This document shows positions 36,564 through 43,448 of a DNA stretch of 64,000 nt, in pieces. Position numbers and translations under genes: made by a program. How positions within the stretch are numbered: position 1 is the first letter of the stretch; each line of letters begins with the position of its first letter. The stretch is from an uncultured Gammaproteobacteria bacterium (GTDB lineage Bacteria > Patescibacteriota > Patescibacteriia > 2-12-FULL-60-25), in the NCBI GenBank assembly GCA_964562155.1, contig CAZLRU010000001.1, positions 9,574 through 73,573 on the forward strand, written 5' to 3'. A model generated the notes under the pieces. It worked only from the letters and a program-made list of their open reading frames with translations. It did no database searches and had not been told where the DNA came from.

Positions 36564-36765
36564 TGCGAGGAGTGCCTCGCAGCTCAGGGAAGGGGTGGGG
36601 GGGGTCAGGGGTGCGCGACGAGGGTGGCACCCATGATAGGTGCCGCTGATGGGCGATTGTGGAGTACTAGGCACTCTACTCCGTAGAGTAGAGCCATGAC
36701 AGGTACCAGGGCTACCGGGAAAAGCAACCAGAATCCACGCATCGCCGTGACCCCTTTCTTTGGGT
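36519..36765 (-). ncRNA. Candidate cis-regulatory leader RNA (riboswitch/attenuator-like) of the dcd-dut-thyA-folA operon
   Basis: It has its own promoter (36772-36800) and a 155-nt multi-helix domain closed by GGGGUCA/UGACCCC (36748-36754 with 36601-36607). It ends in the terminator above, 58 nt before the dcd ATG. The G-U pairs are only valid on the minus strand. Confidence 0.45.
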
Positions 36766-36771
36766 TGGGAT

Positions 36772-36800
36772 AGTATTCCTGCTTTTTGCGTTTTGGTCAA
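36772..36800 (-). promoter_or_regulatory. Candidate promoter of the dcd leader
   Basis: Minus strand: TTGACC (36800-36795), 17-nt spacer, AATACT (36777-36772). Confidence 0.45.
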
Positions 36801-36840
36801 GGGTTTTCCTCTCTTTTTGCTTTATGTTAGCCGTAAAATA

Positions 36841-36878
36841 CATCTCTCCGACGTCGTGTAAATGAGGTCGGGGAGATG
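36841..36878. repeat. Palindromic hairpin sharing its arms with the terminator hairpin at 36526-36563
   Basis: CATCTCTCCGAC...GTCGGGGAGATG compared with CATCTCCCCGAAACC...GGTTTCGGGGAGATG. Confidence 0.5.
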
Positions 36879-36975
36879 AGTGAGAATGAATCTCGCGGTC
36901 GATTTTGGGTACGTTGTTCAGACAATCTTTCAGGGTCTATTCCTCTTAGAGGGGTTTTTGGATTGATGTTTTTTC

Positions 36976-37009
36976 GTCAAAAAAACACTCTCGATGAGCG
37001 AGAGTGTTT
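36976..37009 (-). terminator. Rho-independent terminator of rplA
   Basis: The minus strand reads ACACUCUCG-CUCAU-CGAGAGUGU followed by UUUUUUUG. Confidence 0.75.
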
Positions 37010-37021
37010 TCTCTTTCTTGA

Positions 37022-37714
37022 TTAGGCGAACACGGCTGGATCGACTTTGATGCCGGGGCCCATGGTGGACGTAACCGTGATGGATTTGAGGTAGGTACCC
37101 TTGGCGGAAGCTGGTTTACACTTTTTGACTGCTTCGACGAGGGTGCTTAGATTTTCTCCGATTTTGTTTGCATCAAGAGATGCTTTTGCGATGGCTTGAT
37201 GAATGTTTCCGCTTGTATCGTTCTTGAAGGAAACCTTACCGCGCTTGATTTCTTCAATCATTTTTTTGACGTTTGGTCCGACGGTATCCGTTTTTGGATT
37301 AGGCATGAGACCGATAGGGCCTAAAACTTTGGCAACCTTGGACATCTTGGCCATCATATCAGGGGTTGCGACGACGACGTCGGCGTCAACTTTGCCTTTT
37401 TGAGCGATCTCGGTGATCAAGTCTTCGCCGCCCACGATATCGGCACCAGCTTCCTTAGCCTCGGCTTCTTTGGCAGGAGCGACGATGGCCGCGACGCGTT
37501 TGGTTTTACCGATGGAGTGAGGGAAGATGATGGTGGAACGAACCTGCTGTTCTCCCTTTTTGACGTCGATTCCTAAGTTAATATGGACTTCGATCGTGCT
37601 ATCAAATTTGGTGGTTGAGGTCTTTTTCGCGAGCTCAACAGCCTCGGTTAGGGTGTAGAGCTGTTTTGGGTTAATGAGCTTTTTGGCCTCAGTATAGCGT
37701 TTTCCTACGGGCAT
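37022..37714 (-). CDS. rplA: 50S ribosomal protein L1
   Basis: Start MPVGKRYTEAKK at 37714; the track ORF extends to 37756. The motifs FDSTIEVHINLGIDVKKGEQQVR and GPIGLMPNPKTDTV are present. Confidence 0.95.
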   Translation of the reverse strand: MPVGKRYTEAKKLINPKQLYTLTEAVELAKKTSTTKFDSTIEVHINLGIDVKKGEQQVRSTIIFPHSIGKTKRVAAIVAPAKEAEAKEAGADIVGGEDLITEIAQKGKVDADVVVATPDMMAKMSKVAKVLGPIGLMPNPKTDTVGPNVKKMIEEIKRGKVSFKNDTSGNIHQAIAKASLDANKIGENLSTLVEAVKKCKPASAKGTYLKSITVTSTMGPGIKVDPAVFA

Positions 37715-37812
37715 ATCGTGGTTCAGGTGGCCAGATGTATTCGTCTGACCTCCCACAATGAATAAAGTGTGGCTATTATACGGATTTGTGCTAGATTGTC
37801 AATCACTCTCTT

Positions 37813-38742
37813 ATGCATCTCGCCATTCTTTCTTGCAGTAATCCTTCCGAGGATAGCCAGGCCTATACAAAATACCCTGATTCTGTAACGGGAGCGGAGC
37901 GTATTAAAGAAGCGGCAGAAGCTCGCGGTCATCAGGTTTCTCGTTTCTACGAGCCTAAATTTTGTTTTGAGTATCAAGGAAATGCTTCTCGGTCCTGGTA
38001 TGAAGCGCAGCCATTTACCGGAGCGGATGTGATCGTGTATCGCCCTAATTTTATAGAAGAGCCCTCATTGCATACGTATGTTCCCGAGCGCTTGTGTTTG
38101 GGGGGCGAGCTTGTTCTCAATGGTACCCCTAAGATTTTGGAGATCAAGAACAAGATCATTCAACACATGCGTTTGGCGGAAGCGGGCATTCCTATTCCTC
38201 GGTTTGCGTTGGCTAAGGATCCTCAAGCGGCGACCTCGGTTGTTGATCGACTCGGATTTCCTTTGATCGTGAAAGTATCGTTCGGTACGCATGGTAAGGG
38301 GGTGTTTTATGCGGGTAATTGGGAAACATTTCAGCCGATATTGGATTATTTGGATGTACGCGATGGGAATCCTGTTATTCTGGAAGAGTTTATTGCGGCT
38401 GCACAAAGCAAAGATATTCGCGCCTTTGTTGTGGGTGGACGGGTTGTGGCTTCCATGGAGCGAACAGCGCGTAGCAAAGATATTCGAGCGAATGCTTCTA
38501 TTGGTGGTACTGGTACGGCTATTCACCTATCTCCTGAAGACGAGGCTCTTGCTCTGCGGGCCGCAGCTGTTTTTGATCTTGATATTGCGGGTGTTGATTT
38601 AATCCGTTCTGATCGAGGAACATTGGTCCTAGAAGTGAATGCGAATCCCGGTTTTCGAGAATTGGAGGCCTGTACCGGTATTGACGTGGCGGCGGCGATT
38701 GTTGAATATGCGGAGCAGCGAGTTAAGAGTCGGAACGTATAA
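37813..38742 (+). CDS. RimK-family ATP-grasp alpha-L-glutamate ligase (the RimK/CofF/MptN family)
   Basis: FPLIVKVSFGTHGKGV, DIRAFVVGGRVVA, ANASIGG, AGVDLI and LEVNANPGF are ATP-grasp/RimK motifs. Confidence 0.85.
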   Translation: MHLAILSCSNPSEDSQAYTKYPDSVTGAERIKEAAEARGHQVSRFYEPKFCFEYQGNASRSWYEAQPFTGADVIVYRPNFIEEPSLHTYVPERLCLGGELVLNGTPKILEIKNKIIQHMRLAEAGIPIPRFALAKDPQAATSVVDRLGFPLIVKVSFGTHGKGVFYAGNWETFQPILDYLDVRDGNPVILEEFIAAAQSKDIRAFVVGGRVVASMERTARSKDIRANASIGGTGTAIHLSPEDEALALRAAAVFDLDIAGVDLIRSDRGTLVLEVNANPGFRELEACTGIDVAAAIVEYAEQRVKSRNV

Positions 38743-38813
38743 TCCACGCCTCTATGCTGCAAAATGGTCGGACCATGACGTGGTCGAGTGAACAATAAAT
38801 CAGATCATGATGC

Positions 38814-39533
38814 GTGCCACGCCGATATCGGATTGTGGAGTCTGTTTTTTATCTGATTTTATTTTTTGCTTTCGTATTTTGTATGGTTCGCTTTGAAAAA
38901 ATGGATTTCCTGGTCGGTCTTTACGTTTTTTGTCTTGTCACCGCTGAGCTCATGGGCTCGAAAACGGTGCCGCTCGCGACGATCGGTGGATTTCATCTTA
39001 CGTTTAGCGTGGCCGTTTTTGTTCTGCCGCTTCTGTTTATTCTGAATGATGTGATTAGCGAGGTTTATGGGCGCGATCGGGCGCGATCGGTAGCGCTTTT
39101 GGGGATTGGAGTCGTGTTTTTATTGGCATGTTTTTCCGCTCTCGTCGTGTCTTTACCTCCTTCTTCTCGATTTACCCCTCTGAATCCGGCGTATCGTCAG
39201 ATTTTTGGAACCTCTTTACGGTTTTCTCTCGCTTCATTGGTTGCTTTCGTGTGTGCAGAATTGGCTGATGTGGCCGTGTTTGCGCGTATGCGGGCACGAT
39301 GGGGATCGGCGAGATTGTGGTTACGCGTTAATGTTTCTAACGTTCTTGCTCAGGGAATTGATACGGTGATCTTTATGACGGTTGCTTTTTGGAGTACGCG
39401 AGTATCTATTCATGACAATGCCCTCTTCCTTATGGGGATCATTCTCCCTTATTGGACTATTAAATGCCTTTGCTCCCTTCTTGAGACCCCACTTGTGTAT
39501 GTGGGTGTTCATTGGTTGCGACAAGGAAAATAA
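38814..39533 (+). CDS. yhhQ: VUT-family (YhhQ-like) queuosine-precursor/vitamin transporter
   Basis: 239 aa, polytopic. LFILNDVISEVYGRDRAR and the overall pattern match the YhhQ/DUF165 family. Alternative starts at 38883 and 38901. Confidence 0.8.
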   Translation: MPRRYRIVESVFYLILFFAFVFCMVRFEKMDFLVGLYVFCLVTAELMGSKTVPLATIGGFHLTFSVAVFVLPLLFILNDVISEVYGRDRARSVALLGIGVVFLLACFSALVVSLPPSSRFTPLNPAYRQIFGTSLRFSLASLVAFVCAELADVAVFARMRARWGSARLWLRVNVSNVLAQGIDTVIFMTVAFWSTRVSIHDNALFLMGIILPYWTIKCLCSLLETPLVYVGVHWLRQGK

Positions 39534-39535
39534 CT

Positions 39536-40255
39536 ATGTACGAAACGCTTGATATTCCTACCTCTTCTTCTCGGCCTTGGGTTTATGCAAATTTTGTCAT
39601 GACCTTGGATGGAAAGACGGCCGTCGGTTCTCTCCAAAAATCGTATTGGCCGATTGGGAGTACGGTTGATTTTGAGGCAATGAGACATTTGCGTATGCAG
39701 GCTGATTTACTGGTTCATGGCAGAAAGACCGCTTGTTTTTATCCAACGTTACATCGTCTTCGAGTACCGTCGTTTCAAGAAGCTCGTCGAGCGCACGGGC
39801 GCGATCCGCACTTGGCTTACGCGGTTGTGTCCGAGCAGGTACACGATGAGCTCATTCCGTTTGTGGCAACGCAAGCGGGTATCCCAACCTATTTGATTGC
39901 GACTGAGACTTCTTCTGTTTCCCCGGCGCTTGAGTGTTGCACGACGGTTGCTCGTATTGGTCAGGCGCGATTAGATGTTCGCTGTTTTCTTGATTGGTGT
40001 TGGGAGCGTGGGTATAAACGCGTCTTGCTGGAGGGCGGAGCCCAGTTGTTTCAAGCGTTTTTAGAAGCGGGGTGTGTGGATGATCTTTTTTTGACCGTGA
40101 CCCCCACCTTTATTGGCGGTGTTCCTGGTCAAACCAAGAGCTTGTTGGAGCATGGATTGTTTCCGCCTGAACAGCTTCCTCGTGGACGATTAATTTCCTG
40201 TCAGTCCGTCGACGGAGAGGTGTTTTTGCGCTATCGTTTTTCTGATCTCGTGTAA
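39536..40255 (+). CDS. RibD C-terminal domain-type reductase (dihydrofolate reductase-like fold)
   Basis: PWVYANFVMTLDGKTA ... LLEGGAQLFQAFLEAGCVDDLFLTVTP is typical of the RibD_C / pyrimidine reductase family. Start ATG at 39536. Confidence 0.75.
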   Translation: MYETLDIPTSSSRPWVYANFVMTLDGKTAVGSLQKSYWPIGSTVDFEAMRHLRMQADLLVHGRKTACFYPTLHRLRVPSFQEARRAHGRDPHLAYAVVSEQVHDELIPFVATQAGIPTYLIATETSSVSPALECCTTVARIGQARLDVRCFLDWCWERGYKRVLLEGGAQLFQAFLEAGCVDDLFLTVTPTFIGGVPGQTKSLLEHGLFPPEQLPRGRLISCQSVDGEVFLRYRFSDLV

Positions 40256-40257
40256 TT

Positions 40258-40947
40258 ATGAATAGCTATTCGATTCAAACGTCGGTTTTTGCTCCGGGTC
40301 AAGATTTGCGAGCGTTTATTCGGGCGCATGTTCCGACTTTGTCTGAGGGTTCTATCTTGTTAGTCGCCTCCAAATTATTCGCGCTTGCACAGGGGAGGGT
40401 TGTTCCTCAGGAGGGGGTAAACAAGGATGCGCTTATCGCACAGGAATCCACTCGTGTTTTTCCTATTGTGCCCGGTCTTGCTCTGACTTACAAAGATGGT
40501 CACTGGTGTCCGAATGCGGGTATTGATGCCTCGAATGCCTTTGGTCAGTATGTTTTGTGGCCGCTTCATCCCATGGAAGAAGCGCAGGCGCTGTGTGAAT
40601 GGATGCGTTCCACGTATGGAGTTCAGCGCTGTGGAATCGTGATGACGGATAGCCGCGTCTTTCCTGCTCGGCATGGAGTCACGGCGTTTGCGCTCGGATA
40701 TGCCGGTTTTTTGGGGCTTAAGGATTATCGGGGCAAGGCTGACTTAGCCGGTCGGCCTATGGAGTATACGGTTGTGAATGTGGCTGATTGTTTGGCTACG
40801 ACGGGGGCGTTTCTTATGGGGGAGGGGAGTGAATCTCAGCCATTAGCTATTATTGAAGGGGCGCCTGTTGAGTTTGTCGCAGGGTCTTTGCATGAGGAAT
40901 TGTGTATGGATCCGAAGAAGGATTTGTTTCGTGCCTTATGGTCTTAA
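40258..40947 (+). CDS. CofE-like F420-0:gamma-glutamyl ligase family protein
   Basis: VASKLFALAQGR, NAGIDASNA and VMTDSRVFPARHGVTAFALGYAG resemble the CofE/FbiB N-domain signatures. Confidence 0.7.
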   Translation: MNSYSIQTSVFAPGQDLRAFIRAHVPTLSEGSILLVASKLFALAQGRVVPQEGVNKDALIAQESTRVFPIVPGLALTYKDGHWCPNAGIDASNAFGQYVLWPLHPMEEAQALCEWMRSTYGVQRCGIVMTDSRVFPARHGVTAFALGYAGFLGLKDYRGKADLAGRPMEYTVVNVADCLATTGAFLMGEGSESQPLAIIEGAPVEFVAGSLHEELCMDPKKDLFRALWS

Positions 40948-41001
40948 GGCTTGGGGGAGTTGTCTGAGTTTGTGTCCCGTGATAAAAAGACGCTGCCTCC
41001 T

Positions 41002-41086
41002 GCCCGGGTGGCGGAATTGGTAGACGCACCTGACTTAAGATCAGGCACCGAAAGGTATAAGGGTTCGAGTCCCTTCCTGGGCACCA
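41002..41086 (+). tRNA. tRNA-Leu (anticodon UAA), CCA encoded
   Basis: Acceptor GCCCGGG/CCTGGGC, anticodon arm CCTGA-CTTAAGA-TCAGG, long variable arm, T-arm AAGGG-TTCGAGT-CCCTT, then ACCA. Confidence 0.95.
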
Positions 41087-41189
41087 TGTCAAAACAGCGC
41101 TATAAATGCGTTGTTTTTAGTTATTGCCGTTCACGTGGCGCGGCCATGTATCTTTTGATTGACATCCGCCTTGTATCGTTGCATTCTAG

Positions 41190-41444
41190 GAGCAAGGTCG
41201 GTGTGAGGATTCGGGCTAAATTTGGTTCTTCGGGGTTGGGACTTTAGGTGACCGTGGTTGCCTAGCGATGACCCCAGCGGCGTTAGGCCTTTATGGCCTT
41301 ATCACCTTCGTACAAACGATTGAATGGGTAGAAATCATTTCATCATCCGATGGTGGATTGAGTTCTACTCGTTCGATGCGCTGTGCGGCCGGCGTGGCTC
41401 ACTTGTGAGCGGAACCGAATACCTCACGCCGGCCTTTTCTGTTT
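41190..41444 (+). ncRNA. Candidate structured RNA or leader upstream of mscL (unclassified)
   Basis: A 390-nt gap after tRNA-Leu contains a weak promoter (TTGACA 41159-41164, 17 nt, CATTCT), several hairpins (for example GGGGU 41232-41236 / ACCCC 41271-41275), and a strong terminator at 41387-41444, 35 nt before the mscL ATG. Confidence 0.3.
41387..41444 (+). terminator. Rho-independent terminator (10-bp GC stem with nested hairpin)
   Basis: GGCCGGCGTG ... CACGCCGGCC followed by TTTTCTGTTT. The loop carries GCTCAC-TTG-TGAGC. Confidence 0.65.
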
Positions 41445-41478
41445 GCAAAAACCTTTTGTTTTTGTTACGTTTCTCCGC

Positions 41479-41901
41479 ATGAAATCCAAATTCTTCCAAG
41501 AATTCAAAGAATTCGCTTTTAAAGGCAATGTCATCGATTTAGCCGTTGGTGTCATTATTGGAGCTGCCTTTGGAAAGATTGTGTCATCTCTTGTGAATGA
41601 CATTATCATGCCGCCTTTTGGATTCTTGTTGAAAGGGATTGATTTTAAGAGTTTTGTTTGGGTGTTGCAGCGCGGTTCTGATGGGATGCCGCTCGCAACT
41701 GTTAGCTATGGCAATTTTCTTCAGAACTTATTTGAGTTTTTGATTGTTGGTTTTTCTACCTTCCTTTTGATTCGAGGGATCCAGCGGATTGAGAAACGTT
41801 TTCGTCAGGAGGAGAAGGCTAAGGAAGCGCCACCGGTTCTCGTGTCAGAAGAGGTTGTTTTATTACGGGAAATTCGCGACGCCCTCAAATCGAGTGGCTA
41901 G
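41479..41901 (+). CDS. mscL: Large-conductance mechanosensitive channel
   Basis: Start MKSKFFQEFKEFAFKGNVIDLAVGVIIGAAFGKIVSSLVNDIIMP, the canonical MscL N-terminus. The track ORF from 41383 runs through the terminator. Confidence 0.93.
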   Translation: MKSKFFQEFKEFAFKGNVIDLAVGVIIGAAFGKIVSSLVNDIIMPPFGFLLKGIDFKSFVWVLQRGSDGMPLATVSYGNFLQNLFEFLIVGFSTFLLIRGIQRIEKRFRQEEKAKEAPPVLVSEEVVLLREIRDALKSSG

Positions 41902-41959
41902 GGGGTAGACTTGCTTGTCTTAAGGCTTTTTGATAGAGTCACGACGTTCCAACTCCCTT

Positions 41960-42034
41960 GCCGAGGTAGCTCAGTGGTAGAGCGAAGGACTGAAAATCCT
42001 TGCGTCGCCAGTTCAATCCTGGCCCTCGGCACCA
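41960..42034 (+). tRNA. tRNA-Phe (anticodon GAA), CCA encoded
   Basis: Acceptor GCCGAGG/CCTCGGC, D-arm GCTC-AGTGGTA-GAGC, anticodon arm AAGGA-CTGAAAA-TCCTT, T-arm GCCAG-TTCAATC-CTGGC. Confidence 0.95.
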
Positions 42035-42096
42035 TGCAAAAGACCCTCTCAAAGGGTTTTTTGCTTTTTGTGTGCAAACTTTTCCTTCTTTGTGCG

Positions 42097-42102
42097 TATA
42101 AT
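42097..42102 (+). promoter_or_regulatory. Consensus -10 box (TATAAT) positioned for a leaderless sigma-factor mRNA
   Basis: The end of TATAAT lies 8 nt upstream of the ATG at 42110. Confidence 0.35.
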
Positions 42103-42109
42103 AGAATGC

Positions 42110-42673
42110 ATGCCTGGAAGTGGTGGACAGGAAGCGTTGTCGGATGCGGAGTTGGTGCGCGAGGCGCAACGATCGCCGGCGGCGTTTAAGATCTTGGTTG
42201 ACCGTTATTCTGGGCGGTTGTATGCGTTTTTGCGTCGTTCGTATTTTTTTGAACATGAGGATTTGCAGGATTTGATGCAGGAGGCCTTTTTGCGCATCTA
42301 TCGTAATTTGAATGGATTTAACCCGTCGTTTGCGTTTTCGACCTGGGCGTATCAAATTGCTCGTAATACAGCGATTGATGCCTTGCGTAAGAAGCAATCG
42401 CGTCCGCAAACGTTTGCATTGGAGCCGGAGGAGTGGGAGCGGTTGCGATCATCTGATGAAGCTTTGACGGATCATGTTCAGCTTGAGCAGATGAGGAAGG
42501 CGATTGCAGAGCTTCCGCTTCCGTACCGCGAAGTGTTTACTCTGTTTTATTTGGAAGAGAAGACTTACGAAGAGATGATGGATATTTTGAAAAAACCCAA
42601 AGGCACGATCGCTTCGCTGCTTAGCCGCGCTAAGAAACTTTTGCAGGAACAACTCTCACACACCTCTCTATGA
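42110..42673 (+). CDS. ECF-type RNA polymerase sigma factor
   Basis: Region 2 is LQDLMQEAFLRIYRNLNGFNP...WAYQIARNTAIDALR and region 4 is YREVFTLFYLEEKTYEEMMDILKKPKGTIASLLSRAKKLL. Confidence 0.85.
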   Translation: MPGSGGQEALSDAELVREAQRSPAAFKILVDRYSGRLYAFLRRSYFFEHEDLQDLMQEAFLRIYRNLNGFNPSFAFSTWAYQIARNTAIDALRKKQSRPQTFALEPEEWERLRSSDEALTDHVQLEQMRKAIAELPLPYREVFTLFYLEEKTYEEMMDILKKPKGTIASLLSRAKKLLQEQLSHTSL

Positions 42674-43392
42674 ACGACTTTTCTGACCAATTGCTCAAAA
42701 AAATTGAGCAAGAACATATCCGTCCGGTGCCGCGTTGGGTGGTTGAGACACGACGTGTTTTGGTGTGGGTGAGTGTGGTGCTTGGGTTGTTGTGCGGTGG
42801 TCTTTTGCTTTCGCTGCTGTTTCTAGCTGCGTTGCAGGTTGATTTAGAATTTTTACGGGTCTCATCGTTGGGCTCCGCGCTTCGACTTCTTCTCGAATAT
42901 GTTCCTCTTGTTTGGGTTGGACTGTTTATTTTGTTCTGTGTGATCGAGGTTATTCTCCTCCGAGGAAGAACAAGATTGTATCGCTATCCGATATCGGTCA
43001 TGGTTGGGCTGGTGTTGTTGGGTGTATCGGTATTTGGTCTAGGATTTTATGTTTCGCGGATTCCTGCTCGCGTTCAATCTTCGATGGAACGACGGCTCCC
43101 CCCACCGCTTCGAGCGCGCTTTGTGCCAGGCAGACCGTTGCCTCGGCCGGAGGAGGGAGTTTTGTTTGGGGAGGTTGTTGAAGTATCGACGAGCACATTT
43201 CAGCTTCTAGGTCCTCACCAGGATCGCTGGACGGTGAGACGCGCGCCGGGGTCATTGTTTCCGTTCCCTTCTTCTGGTCGAAGAATCTTATTAGAGGGAA
43301 GGATTAGCTCTTTTATGGAGTTTGAGGCTCACCACGCAAGACCTTATAAGGGTCCGCCTGGGGGGCCAGGACGACCTCCTGCAAACAATTAA
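42670..43392 (+). CDS. Polytopic membrane protein, candidate anti-sigma factor
   Basis: Its ATG overlaps the sigma stop codon (ATGA). It has four hydrophobic segments and a Pro/Gly/Arg-rich tail. Confidence 0.55.
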   Translation: MNDFSDQLLKKIEQEHIRPVPRWVVETRRVLVWVSVVLGLLCGGLLLSLLFLAALQVDLEFLRVSSLGSALRLLLEYVPLVWVGLFILFCVIEVILLRGRTRLYRYPISVMVGLVLLGVSVFGLGFYVSRIPARVQSSMERRLPPPLRARFVPGRPLPRPEEGVLFGEVVEVSTSTFQLLGPHQDRWTVRRAPGSLFPFPSSGRRILLEGRISSFMEFEAHHARPYKGPPGGPGRPPANN

Positions 43393-43448
43393 CCTCGCTT
43401 GCGTATACATTGGTGGAGCTCCTCATCCACTTAACTTTTTTCTTCATC

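Noticed and set aside
36700-36740. The plus-strand string ACCAGGGCUACCGGGAAAAGCAACCAGAAUCC looked like an SRP RNA helix-8 motif (CCAGG..CGGAAGG.AGCAGC)
   Set aside because: No stem closes a GNRA tetraloop on the plus strand. The local hairpin only works on the minus strand, where two G-U pairs become A-C mismatches on plus. The terminator and promoter are also minus-strand.
36282-36800. 172-aa minus-strand ORF spanning the dcd start and the leader region
   Set aside because: It overlaps the 5' end of dcd out of frame and crosses a 15-bp terminator hairpin plus U7. Its Pro/Ser/Arg-rich translation is typical of a GC-rich non-coding frame.
40951-41247. 98-aa ORF
   Set aside because: It reads straight through the tRNA-Leu gene (41002-41086).
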